Assembly: GCA_001724265.1 (NCBI GenBank)
Contig: MEDY01000093.1
Coordinates: 61,984 to 81,983, forward strand
DNA length: 20,000 nt
Direction: 5' to 3'
DNA from: Rhizaria sp. SCN 62-66
Taxonomy: Eukaryota
Shown here in pieces: positions 7,203-17,322 of the stretch (position 1 is the first letter of the stretch; every line of letters starts with the position of its first letter). Position numbers and translations under genes: made by a program. The notes under the pieces are model-generated. The model saw nothing but the letters and a program-made list of their open reading frames with translations. It was not told the origin of the DNA and did not search any database.

Positions 7203-10200
7203 ATGAGTAAGAAGCCCGGAGGCAGCTCCGGTCCTGTGGCGGCCAGCGCCAGCACGGGCGCGGGCGCCAAGGGCGCTGGCGGCAAGGGCAGCGCTACTGC
7301 GGCGGCCCCCGCGACGGGCGCGGCTGTGGGCGGCGACGACTGGAAGCCTGTCGGCAAGAAGAAGTTGAAGCTTCTCTTCGGCGGCATCGCGCGCTCGTCA
7401 AAGGCGCGCGTGATCGGCGACTGGGAAGTGCAGGAGTGGCAGCGGCTGCCGATGCTTGTGCTGCAGGAGTACTGCAAGGGCAAGAAGATCCCGCGGCCCA
7501 ACGTGACGCTGTGCCGCGTCTCACGCTACAACCCTACGTTCAAGCAGGAGAAGCAGGAGGGCGAGGAAGACGACGAAGACGAAGATGAGGACGAGTCCGA
7601 GCGCAGCGACGGCTCCGAGGACGAGTCCGCCGCCGCGCCGGCCGCCTGGGAGTACAAGCCGTACGATCCCAACGCCAACGCCGGTCCCCCGCGCCGCTAC
7701 CGTGCGCGCGTTCGTCTGCCCGACCCCAAGCGTCCTGAGAAAGACATCATCGTCGAGACGCACGAAGCCTTCTACGCGCAGCGCGAGGCTGAGGAGATGA
7801 CCGCGCTGCTGGTGCTGTACCAGCTGCAGCCGACGCTGCCGCACGAGAAAACGCTTCCGTCGCCGTTCAAAGAGCGCTGGCTCGCTATGCGCGGCGCCGC
7901 CCCTCCCGTGCGCGCGGCGTCGCAGTTCCTCACTCAAGCCGCACAGAAGCAGCACGCCGAGAACAAGCGCGTCGCGCGGCTGCGCGTGGAGCGCGCGCGC
8001 GAAGCCCGGCTGCAGCGCGCGCTCGACCGCTACGCCAGCGTCGCCATGTCCGACCCCGTGCGTCGCCACTTGGAGCAGCTCCTCCGCACGATCGCCGTCC
8101 TGCGCCGCGGCGCGCGCCCGCACGACCTCGCGCCGTCGTCCTCCGCGCTTGTCCCCGCGGGCGGCGCGGGGGACGCCGCGCGGGCGGGCGTTGTGGCGCG
8201 CGCATTGCAGGCGCGACTGGCGGCCGAGGGCTGGTCGTCTGGGGACGCGCGCGCGGCGGCGACGCACACTGTCGCTCTTGCTGCGCCAGCCACGCTCGCG
8301 CAGGCAGCGATTGACGCTGCTAAGGACGCCAACGCGGTGACTGCAAACAAGCACCGTTTCGGCGCCGGTGTGGCGCTGGGTGAGGTGAGCACTGGGCTCG
8401 AGCTGTTGCTCGAAGCGGCCGTGAACCGACTCGTGCTTGAGGTGCCCGAGTCTCGGCTGCCGCAGCGGTACGATCCGCGCGGGCAGCAGCTCGAGGTGCT
8501 GAACCACAACACCACTTCGGCCGGCACGGACACCAGCGACACGAGCAGTCTCGGCGGTGACGGCACCCCCACAGGTACCGTCGCGGGTTCCGTCGAGAAG
8601 GCGGTGAAGTTGGGCGAGCTGACTGCGGACCAGATGCGGCGACTGCGCACCCACGTTGCGACGCTGCGGCGGCACGCGGTCGGCGACGAGACTGACTTTG
8701 GTCTCGGACTCTACGATGACGACAATCCTGACGACGCCGACAAAGACGACATCAACGACGCCAACGACGATGACGACGAAGACGGAGCCGGGCCTGAGGG
8801 CAAGGGCCGTAATGGTAATGTGAGCAACCACGGTTCCCGCGGTCCTCGTGGACGCGGCGGCGGCGGTGGTAACCCGTTCGCGCGTTTTCTCCCCTCTGCA
8901 CCGGGCCGTCTCTCGGCCGCGCTGGCCGAAGAAGAGGAAGCCAAGCGCCGCGGCAGCAGCGCGTGGGCCGACATGCAGGCTGCGCGCGCGCGGCTGCCGT
9001 CGATGCAGCAGCGCGAGGGCGTGCTGGCCGCGATCCGTGCCAACCAGGTCATGGTACTTACCGGTGAGACGGGATGCGGAAAGTCGACGCAGCTGCCGCA
9101 GATGGTGCTCGACGATGCCGTTGCGCGCGGCTCCGGTGGCGACGTGCTGATCATGTGTACGCAGCCGCGCCGCATCTCGGCCGTGGGACTCGCGGAACGC
9201 GTGGCCGCCGAGCGCGCGGAGAAGTGCGGCGACGTCGTGGGTTATCAGGTACGCATGGACAACTGCACCTCGGCGCGCACGCGGCTTGTCTTTGCGACGA
9301 CCGGCGTGCTGCTGCGGCAGCTCGTGGCGATGGCGCATGACGCTGTGCCGTTGCGCGGGCTCACGCACCTGTTTATCGACGAAGTGCACGAACGCTCAGT
9401 TGAGATCGACTTTTTGCTGCTGGTGCTGAAGAAAGTGCTCCCGCGCAGGCCTGACTTGCGCGTCGTGCTCATGTCCGCTACGGTCAACGCTGAGGCGTTC
9501 CAGCGGTACTTCACCACTGAAGGCATGATGATCCCGCCCAAGGAGCTCCTCGCGCGCGCCGCCGCCGCCAACGGCAATAGCGGTGCATCGCTGACTGAGG
9601 GCGGCGGTGACGATGAGGAGGATGACGGTGGTGTTGGTGATGGTGGCAAGAAGGATAAGAAGGACAAGAAGGAGAAGAAGGACAAGGATGACAAGAAGGA
9701 TAAAAAAGACAAGAAGGACAGCAAGGAGTCCGATCAGCCTGAGTCTGCCACCGCCGCCACTGCCACGATCGCTGCCACTACAGACAGCGGTGATGGCAAG
9801 AAGGACAAGAAGGACAAGAAAGACAAAGACGATAAGAAGGACAAGAAGGATAAGAAGGACTCAGCCGCTGCCAAGCCTGCCGCGGCTTCCGGTGTCGGCT
9901 CTGCCTTTGACGCGTTTTTCGGTGACGACGATGATGACGCCGCCGCCACACCTGTTGCCATTACCCCCGCTGCCGCCGCCGCGGCCGCTGCTGCGAAGGA
10001 ATCCAAGTCGACTGCTCTTGTGCCTCCCGCCAAGCCCGCCAAGGAGTATCGTTCTAACAACTCTAGCTCTAGTAGTTCCGGCTCTAGCTCTAGTGGCTCT
10101 AGCTCGGGCTCTGGCTCTAGCTCTTGGCAGCCGTCATCTGCGTTCTTGCCCTTGCCTGCGCGCCTCACCTGCCCCATCGTTCACGTGCCCGGCCGCACCT

Positions 10201-13007
10201 TCCCCGTCACCGAGCACTACCTCCCCGAGCTTCTCGCGGCGACGGGCTACCGCCCGGACGCGCGCCACCGCCGCGCGCGCCCTGTTGAGGCGCACCAAGC
10301 CGCTGTTGCCGCGCTGCTTGCTGCCGAGAGCGCGACTGCCAAGGCCGCCAAGAAGGATGACGCAGCGCGCGCCGCGTGCCCCGGTGAAGGCGCTGTGCCC
10401 GTTGACGCCACCTCTGCCCGCTTTGGGTCAAACCGCGCACACTCTGCGATCGCAGCGATTCCCGATGACGACGATGGCGATGGTGCGAGCTACGACGCCA
10501 CGGCCACTGGCGCCGCGGGTGCGCCCGACACCGAACCCGACTCCGAGGAGGAAGCCGCCGCCGCCGCCGCCGCCGCTGGTGAGGCTGCGGAGGCTGAGAT
10601 CGTGCGGTATGACGTCGTGCGCGGCGCGTCCGGTCCGTTCTTCCGCTCCCCGCCCGCAGTCGCCGACGCCGCGGTCTCCTACCGCGACGACGCGCCGTCT
10701 GGACTGGACCTCGCGCTGGTTGAGGCCGCGGTCTGGCACGTCTGCCGCACGTTCGCTCTCCCGGCCGACGGCGCGGGCGGCGCTGTTCTGGTGTTCCTGC
10801 CCGGCGCGGGGGAGATCCAGGCCGTCGCGGACCGGCTCGACCGCGCGCTCGCCGCGGGACGTGAGGCCTCAACCGGGCTGTCGGTCCCGGCCGCGCGCGA
10901 GGTGATGGTGTTGCCGCTGCACGGTGCGATGCAGACTGCGCAGCAACGGCGCGTGTTTGACCGGCCGCCGCGCGGGGTGCGCAAGGTTGTTCTGACTACG
11001 AACATTGCCGAAACCTCCGTGACCGTGGATGATTGCGAGTATGTCATCGATACAGGCCGTGTGAAAGAAACGCAGCTCGACGCCGTGCGCCGTATGGCGA
11101 TGCTCGTCGACACGTGGTGCTCGCGCGCGAGCTGCAACCAGCGCCGTGGCCGTGCGGGACGCGTGCGCGCGGGTCACGTGTTCCGGCTGTTCACGCCACT
11201 GCGCTGGGAGGCGTTGCGCGCGCACCAGCTGCCCGAGATCCAGCGCGTGCTGCTTGATCACGTGTGTCTGCTGGTTAAGACGCTCAGGCTCGACGTGCTC
11301 GACGCCGCCGCCACCGACGCAAGCAAGATCTATACTGCCAAGGGCGGCAAGGACAAAGACAAGGACAAGGAGAAGGATAAGAGCAAGAGTAGCAGCAGCA
11401 GCAGCAGCAGCAGCAGTAATGGTGCGGTGACGGCGCGCGAGCGCGAGCAATTGCGCGCTGCATACGGCTCAGTAATGACAGTGCTGTTTGACTGCGTGGA
11501 GCCGCCGACGCCGGTGTCGGTTCAGGCGTCTTTGTCTGACCTCAAGCGGCTGGGCGCGATGACTGCGAGCGAAGCGCTGACTCCGCTTGGCGAGCTCTTG
11601 GCGCGGCTACCTGTGCAGAACACGCGCATCGGCAAGCTTCTCATCCTCGGTGCTGTGCTGCGGTGCGCGACCCCCGTTGCCGTCATCGCCGCCCTGGCCT
11701 CAGAGCGGTCGCCGTTTGTGGCGCCGATGGAGAAGCGCGCCGAGGCCAACGCGGCGCGCGCGCGCTTCGCGGTGCCTGGGTCTGATCACCTGACGCTGTG
11801 GCGCATGTTCCAGGCCTATGTGCGCGCCAAGCGGGGCGGGCGACGCGCGGCGGGCGAGTTCTGCCGTGACAACTTCCTCTCGCTGCTGACGCTGCAGACG
11901 GTGGAGAAGCTCGCGCAGCAGTACATGGACGCGTTGCGCGATGTCGGCATTGTGCCGCGGCCTCGTGGTGGCGCGCGCGGCGGGGGCATGGCGGCCGATA
12001 TCGACGCCCTCGTCGGGTCCGTCGCAGCGGTCAAGGCGATTAATCTTGACGGCGCGGTGACGGCCGCGGTCGAAGGCACGGCCAGCGAGCCCCCCGTCGC
12101 CGCTGCCGCCGTCACGCGTGCCGCAGCGAATACCGCACAGGTTCCCGCGCATGAGTTGCCGTCGTGGGACGCGAACTCGAGTGACTGGCGCGTGGTTCTA
12201 ACGACCGTGTGTGCGGGACTTTACCCCAATGTAGTCAAGATCAAGGCGCCGCCGGAGACGTACGTCAAGACAGCGCACGGCATGCTCCCGCGGCCGACGG
12301 ACCCGGCGCAGCTCAAGTTCTACCTCCGCACGTACACTAGCACCGCCGCCGGTCAGACCAGTACTGGCGACAGTGCGAGCGTGACGCCCGGTGGCGCTGG
12401 TGAGGACGACGGGTTCGAGGTCAGCGACGACGACGACGCGCGCGCAGACGCCGCCGTCGGCGACACCGGCGACGGCGCCGGCGATGATGGTGATAACAAT
12501 CCCACTACTAATGCAAACGCCGCGTCTTCGCCCGTGGTTGACGCCCGCGCCGCTGCCCGCGCTGAGCGCCGCGAGCGGCACGAGGCGGCCGTGGCGCGCG
12601 CGGCGCTTATCAAGGCGCAGGAGCTGGTTGACCGCGGCGGACGCGTGTTCGTGCACCCGCGCTCAGTGAACCACCGCACGCGGGGCTGGGAGTGCCCTTG
12701 GATGGTGTTCCTGCAGGTGATGCACACGAGCAAGGCGTATGTCATGGACTGCTCGGCGGCGAGCTCGTACGCGCTGCTGCTTTTTGGCGGCGCGCTGAGG
12801 CTGCGGCACGGCGGGCAGGTCGTCACCGTGGACGACTGGATCCGGCTGCGGCCCAACGGCGGCAAGGTCGCGGTGCTGGTGAGGCAGTTACGCGCCGAGT
12901 TAGACCGTGTTTTGGCGCATCTGATCGCGCGGCCTGGGGATACGGCGCTGCTTGAGTCGCCCGTGCTTGAGGCGATCACGTCGCTGCTTCGCGGCAACGG
13001 CTACTAA
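7203..13007 (+). CDS. DEAH/RHA-family ATP-dependent RNA helicase (DHX57/DHX29/DHX36-like), 1934 aa, apparently intronless
   Basis: Motifs GETGCGKST, TQPRRISA, TTGVLLR, DEVH, SAT, PGRTFPV, LVFLPG, PLHG, TNIAETSVT, QRRGRAGR; HA2 region (LTPLG..LARLP, SDHL); OB-fold region (AGLYPNV, VFVHP.SVN, LLLFGG); N-terminal dsRBD-like segment (PMLVLQEYCK). Confidence 0.92.
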   Translation: MSKKPGGSSGPVAASASTGAGAKGAGGKGSATAAAPATGAAVGGDDWKPVGKKKLKLLFGGIARSSKARVIGDWEVQEWQRLPMLVLQEYCKGKKIPRPNVTLCRVSRYNPTFKQEKQEGEEDDEDEDEDESERSDGSEDESAAAPAAWEYKPYDPNANAGPPRRYRARVRLPDPKRPEKDIIVETHEAFYAQREAEEMTALLVLYQLQPTLPHEKTLPSPFKERWLAMRGAAPPVRAASQFLTQAAQKQHAENKRVARLRVERAREARLQRALDRYASVAMSDPVRRHLEQLLRTIAVLRRGARPHDLAPSSSALVPAGGAGDAARAGVVARALQARLAAEGWSSGDARAAATHTVALAAPATLAQAAIDAAKDANAVTANKHRFGAGVALGEVSTGLELLLEAAVNRLVLEVPESRLPQRYDPRGQQLEVLNHNTTSAGTDTSDTSSLGGDGTPTGTVAGSVEKAVKLGELTADQMRRLRTHVATLRRHAVGDETDFGLGLYDDDNPDDADKDDINDANDDDDEDGAGPEGKGRNGNVSNHGSRGPRGRGGGGGNPFARFLPSAPGRLSAALAEEEEAKRRGSSAWADMQAARARLPSMQQREGVLAAIRANQVMVLTGETGCGKSTQLPQMVLDDAVARGSGGDVLIMCTQPRRISAVGLAERVAAERAEKCGDVVGYQVRMDNCTSARTRLVFATTGVLLRQLVAMAHDAVPLRGLTHLFIDEVHERSVEIDFLLLVLKKVLPRRPDLRVVLMSATVNAEAFQRYFTTEGMMIPPKELLARAAAANGNSGASLTEGGGDDEEDDGGVGDGGKKDKKDKKEKKDKDDKKDKKDKKDSKESDQPESATAATATIAATTDSGDGKKDKKDKKDKDDKKDKKDKKDSAAAKPAAASGVGSAFDAFFGDDDDDAAATPVAITPAAAAAAAAAKESKSTALVPPAKPAKEYRSNNSSSSSSGSSSSGSSSGSGSSSWQPSSAFLPLPARLTCPIVHVPGRTFPVTEHYLPELLAATGYRPDARHRRARPVEAHQAAVAALLAAESATAKAAKKDDAARAACPGEGAVPVDATSARFGSNRAHSAIAAIPDDDDGDGASYDATATGAAGAPDTEPDSEEEAAAAAAAAGEAAEAEIVRYDVVRGASGPFFRSPPAVADAAVSYRDDAPSGLDLALVEAAVWHVCRTFALPADGAGGAVLVFLPGAGEIQAVADRLDRALAAGREASTGLSVPAAREVMVLPLHGAMQTAQQRRVFDRPPRGVRKVVLTTNIAETSVTVDDCEYVIDTGRVKETQLDAVRRMAMLVDTWCSRASCNQRRGRAGRVRAGHVFRLFTPLRWEALRAHQLPEIQRVLLDHVCLLVKTLRLDVLDAAATDASKIYTAKGGKDKDKDKEKDKSKSSSSSSSSSSNGAVTAREREQLRAAYGSVMTVLFDCVEPPTPVSVQASLSDLKRLGAMTASEALTPLGELLARLPVQNTRIGKLLILGAVLRCATPVAVIAALASERSPFVAPMEKRAEANAARARFAVPGSDHLTLWRMFQAYVRAKRGGRRAAGEFCRDNFLSLLTLQTVEKLAQQYMDALRDVGIVPRPRGGARGGGMAADIDALVGSVAAVKAINLDGAVTAAVEGTASEPPVAAAAVTRAAANTAQVPAHELPSWDANSSDWRVVLTTVCAGLYPNVVKIKAPPETYVKTAHGMLPRPTDPAQLKFYLRTYTSTAAGQTSTGDSASVTPGGAGEDDGFEVSDDDDARADAAVGDTGDGAGDDGDNNPTTNANAASSPVVDARAAARAERRERHEAAVARAALIKAQELVDRGGRVFVHPRSVNHRTRGWECPWMVFLQVMHTSKAYVMDCSAASSYALLLFGGALRLRHGGQVVTVDDWIRLRPNGGKVAVLVRQLRAELDRVLAHLIARPGDTALLESPVLEAITSLLRGNGY
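9648..9860 (+). repeat. Two coding blocks of imperfect (KKD)n repeats, ~9648-9720 and ~9798-9860
   Basis: AAG AAG GAY units with synonymous variation; both blocks are preceded by GGTGATGG and encode G(G)KKDKKDKK...KDDKKDKKDKKDS. Confidence 0.85.
11391..11417 (+). repeat. (AGC)8 coding microsatellite encoding poly-Ser in a helicase insertion
   Basis: Direct reading: agcagc...agcagt, following a (KD)n tract. Confidence 0.85.
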
Positions 13008-13244
13008 GTGAATGAGCGAGTGAGCCGACGAGATGGATGTCGATACGAGTTTCGTTGTGTTGTGATAAGCTGATCAGATTAATTGGGATATAAGAGTGGT
13101 AGTTTGGGTCATTAGATACAGAGTTGTTTTATTGTTGTGTTCGTGCGATTGAACGAGTTTTTGTATTGAAATGGTACATGTATCAACAAAATAGTGATGA
13201 AATAAAGAAGACTACGTAGGAAAGTGTAAATGTGGCGAGATGGA

Positions 13245-14184
13245 TCACTGGAAGCGCGAGCGCTTGACTTGATTATTGGGGTTAAAACCGCCGCCATTGC
13301 TGTTATTGTTGTAGCCGCCGGGGCCGGGGCGCTGGTACTGTCCCTGCTGGCCCTGGCCCTGACCTTGGCCTTGATAAGGAGGCCGCTGGAAGCCACCTTG
13401 TTGCTGCTGCATCTGCTGCATCTGTTGTTGCTGTTGCTGCGCGGCGGCCGCGGCGGCGCCCGGGTGCGTCTGCAACGCGGTGGGCATCAGGCCCGCCCCC
13501 TGCGCGGCGGCGTGAAACGTTGGCACCTTCTCATCAGACCCGGGGGCAAACTGCTGCCGCAGCGCGAGTTGGTGCTGGCAGTACGCGCGCCAAGTCCGCT
13601 CGTCGAACCCGTAGTTGAAGTAGTCCGTGCGGTCCGCGCCGGGGCGGCGCCACGGCGCGTCGTCAAACTGCGCGAAGTCGAGGTCGAAGACGCTGTCGTC
13701 GGCGTCGGGCAGCCCGCTCGCGGCGGCGGCGGACTTGGCAGCGGCGGCGGAGGCGGCGGCGGTCGCGGCGGCCGCGGCGGTCGCGGCCTCCTGCTCGGCT
13801 GTCTTGAGCACTGCGGCGGGGCGGCGCTTCGAAGGCGTAATGGCGGCGGCGGAGCCGGGCGCAGGGGCTGTGAGAATGACGTTGAAATCGTCGTCGTCTT
13901 CATCTTCTTCCTCTTCGGACTCCTCCTCGGACTCGGACTCGTCCACAACGCCGCTCACGGGCGCCGCGCCGGGGGCTGCATCCAATGCTCCGGGAGCCGC
14001 AGCGTCGCTGCATAAGGGAAACAAAGACGTGGGTACGTGGTGAGATAAGGCAAAGTGAAAGCAGGCTTACGGATGTGGGGATAGGGTCTGGCAAGAAGTG
14101 GGGATAGACGTACCTGGGGGTATCGGCAGCAGCGCCACTGCTGCCATAGAGAGACGCGAACTCGTCGTTCTGCCCACGATCCAT
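13245..14184 (-). CDS. FIP1: Pre-mRNA polyadenylation factor FIP1, ~277 aa; exons 14184-14114 and 14007-13245
   Basis: Fip1 motif FDLDFAQFDDAPWRRPGADRTDYFNYGFDERTWRAYC, acidic N-terminal tract and Q/G/N-rich tail. Phase-2 intron 14113-14008 (GTACGT...TGCAG) joins the two ORFs in frame. Confidence 0.92.
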
Positions 14185-14541
14185 TTTAAAAAAAATAGTA
14201 TGTCGTGTTCGTGTTCTATTACTAGTCGCCGTGTGATTTCCTGATGACGGACTATAGAGCTCGAAATCGGGGTTTCAAAAGTGCCTGATCATCTGGCCGC
14301 TCGAGAAAACGGACCTCGCGCCTCCCATGGTGAGATTTCATGTGAAGTCGGCAAAATCAACTCCACAGACTTGAAATTGTGTGGTTCTTCACTAAATTGT
14401 GTATTTATAAGTATTTTATCAACTAATATATCATGTTCGTCTATCTAGATAGACCTTCATATCTGACTTATTCCCTCGTTGCGCCAATGCATCTCCGTAA
14501 CTCAGCTTAGCCGCTAGCTTAGAGCTCAAATCAGCTCGAAC

Positions 14542-16211
14542 TCAGCCCTTGGTCTTGTCGTGAATCTGAAGCCCGCCCAAACGGTTCACAAGCGCCACAG
14601 CCGCCGCCGCACCCTCCGGCGCAATGCCAGTCGCAGCAGATGCAGACTCAAAGGCACCGCCAGCTTCAGCCGCGTCCGCCGCCGCAGCCGCAGCCGCTGC
14701 CACTGCCAGCGCTGCCGCCGCCGCTGCATTGGCAGAATCCGTGGCCGCGCGGATCGCCGCCGCCTCGGCCTCCTTTTCCGCCTTGCTCATCAGCAGCGGC
14801 TTACTGTCCGCTGCCGCAGCAGTCCCTGCCTCGTTACTATGGTTGGATTCAGACGGTGCGAGTGATGCGGCGGCTTGGTCGTAGCCGAAGACGAGGTCCG
14901 CGAGCGCTGCAGAGGACGCGTAATCAGCGAACGCGTCGCCGGCCCGTACACCGGCGACTTCTAAGGGGGAAACTGTAGCCAGGTCGACACCACGGAACAT
15001 ATAGCCATTGGCGCGGTCAATGGCGACCAACAACCGGTGCATAGCGGCCTTGTCGGTCACCGAGAGCGGGCGGAACGAAACCAACGAGTAGTCTATAACA
15101 TATTGAAGAGATATCGACATATACATCAAAACACAAAGAAAACAAAACATAATAAAGTAGATGGTAAGGTTTTGATGTGATTGCCACAAATATGATTGAA
15201 CATTTTCTCGGTATCACTTTTCATATCAAAAGAGCGGTACATTTGGTGTGACGTACTGTGGATGAGGTCCGCGATGGCTTTGTTAAGCCGGCGGTGGCCG
15301 CGGATGGCACGGCGCACGCGGCGTTCACGCGCAATAGCGGGATCCTCCTGTTTTTTCTGTTTATCACGAGCTCCGCCCTCGTTATCTTCATAGTCATCGT
15401 TATCGCTTTCCCCAGTGTCGCTGTCGCTGTCGCTGTCCGCGTCGCCGCTCTCCGCGTCGTCATCTTCGTCCTCGCCATCATCATCATCGTCGGCGGCGTT
15501 GTTGTCACTGGAATCGCGGTGCATGGCAGAGATATCGTTGCGCTCGCTCTTGTTCGCGTACTTACCGAGCTTCTTAGTCTTTCCGACAAGGTGAAACGGG
15601 TCGATAAGCCGCGTGAGAAAGCGTAGATCGAGCACTTCAGTGTAAAAGTCAAGCCGGAAAGGGAGCCGGCCCAGCGCGGGCGCAAGGTCGACCTTAGACA
15701 GCACGTTAACGTGGGGGAGTTCGAGGTGGCACATGACTGAGAGCGACATGAGCAGCGCTGAGATAAAGTTGGCAGGATCTGCGCAGAGGTGCACGTCAGC
15801 TAAGTGAACTGCAACGGGGCGGAATCCCCAGTCTTGCTGCATCTGCGTCACCACGGAGCGCAACGCGGCATTGTGCGTGTACAGCTCGGCCTGACCGGGG
15901 AAGTCAAACAAGATGTACTTGTCTTCGAAGGGCCGCAGGCGAGCGCGGAGGAGGTCCATGTTCTTCTCGAGCCATTCGACGCAGAAGATGAGCGCGCCGT
16001 TGGGTCCCAGTCCGTGCTCGCGCATGACGTCGTCGACGGTGATGAGCTCGGTGACCGAGAGCGCGGCTGTGTACTGAAGCGACTCGTTCGCGGGGTCTAG
16101 GTTCACGATGACGGCTTCGCGGCCAATCGCCTTCATGAACTGCTGCATCGCGTTGCAGTACGTCGACTTGCCCGCGCCGGGCGCGCCTACCACAATCTGG
16201 CAGAAAGACAT
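14542..16211 (-). CDS. GPN2: GPN-loop GTPase 2, ~501 aa; exons 16211-15257 and 15092-14542
   Basis: GAPGAGKST P-loop, VNLDPAN, GLGPNG (GPN loop), DFPGQAELYTH, LELPHVNVLSKVDL, LDFYTEVLDL. Phase-1 intron 15256-15093 (GTACGT...TATAG) yields LNKAIADLIHNYSLVSFRPL...IDRANGY, typical of GPN2. Confidence 0.9.
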
Positions 16212-17322
16212 CCGCTGAAGGGTTTAGTGTGCGTACAGTCCAGTGGGAACAGAAAAGGCTGAGCAGCGGAGGGATTCGCAAGCGCGAAACAGATAAGTTC
16301 GTGAGCACTCGGGTCTGCAAGCAAGGTCCGCACTTGGAGGGGAAGTAAATCTCTGCAGACAATATTATTACGGGGCCAAAGGTATATAACGCGTTATGTT
16401 TAAGAAATAGTATTTGATTGCTATTCAACGGCGAAGGTGGACAACACGGAAGTGAGCCGTGAAAAGCCGATCTCCTCTCTGTTTCTTTCCTCGCCGGTGG
16501 GGCCGAAAAAAGGCGGGCAGGCGCACACTCCTTGCTTGCGGTCAGCCTCAAGTGTGGATTTGGAAATATCTAGCGCCGCGATTGAGCCCTGGGGAAATTG
16601 TCCGACACTTGCAACGGTGCGGGTCTCTACCAAACTTGGCTGACGCGCCGTTTGCGGGTCGCTGGAGCATTCTGACGCGGGTGGGAGGCCCGTCGAGGTG
16701 ACGTCACAACATGATCTCAGAGCTGTGGCCTCCACGAAGCATGTGCCTTTCAGGCGGGGCGCTCGCGCGGCCGCTGCGGCACCATGGCGCGCGGATAATT
16801 AATATATGAAGTAAAGTGTCTATTTATGTGCTGTATAGTGTTGGTTGCATGCCGCCCTGATGACCATGCGCGCGGCATGGGCATGATTCTTGAACGCTCC
16901 CCGACTGACCAATGCCTTTCTCCTCGCCCATTGCATTTTGTTCCTGCGTCCTTTTCCTGTACTACATTCAGGTCGTTCAACACTCCCAAGCCTTTGCATT
17001 TTGCTGAAAGTTATTGGCTGCGCTTGCTTTGACTCCTGGTGGTCATTTCTGATACCCCTAGGCCCGAGCGGAGAATCACGCCTCCAAGCAGCCTCGTCTG
17101 CCTCGTGCCTTTCAAGCCCACCACGCCTGCGCGCGTCGCTCCTGTCTCTCCCCGGCACACAGTTCCAGCCCCACGCCAGCCACGAGAGCCCCCGTGCGGT
17201 CCCGCCTTACCCCCTGCTCTGCGTTTGCACTTCATTTTCAGCGCCCCCCTCTTCCCTCCTCTCCATCCCACTTTTTTACCCCTAAACACACACACACCAC
17301 ACCTTTCTTCTGACCGACGACG

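Noticed and set aside
7521-12997. Long antisense and alternative-frame ORFs (e.g. 7521-9389 -, 9607-10905 +; likewise 1337-2254 - and 13230-14015 +)
   Set aside because: Shadow ORFs expected from high-GC coding sequence; no recognisable motifs.
14241-14288. TGATGA...CTGA in the FIP1-GPN2 intergenic region as a possible C/D snoRNA
   Set aside because: Too short (~47 nt), no purine before box C, no convincing terminal stem or guide.
16698-16707. CRE-like palindrome GTGACGTCAC between divergent GPN2 and PPEF-like genes
   Set aside because: Plausible bZIP site, but a single short motif cannot be supported from sequence alone.
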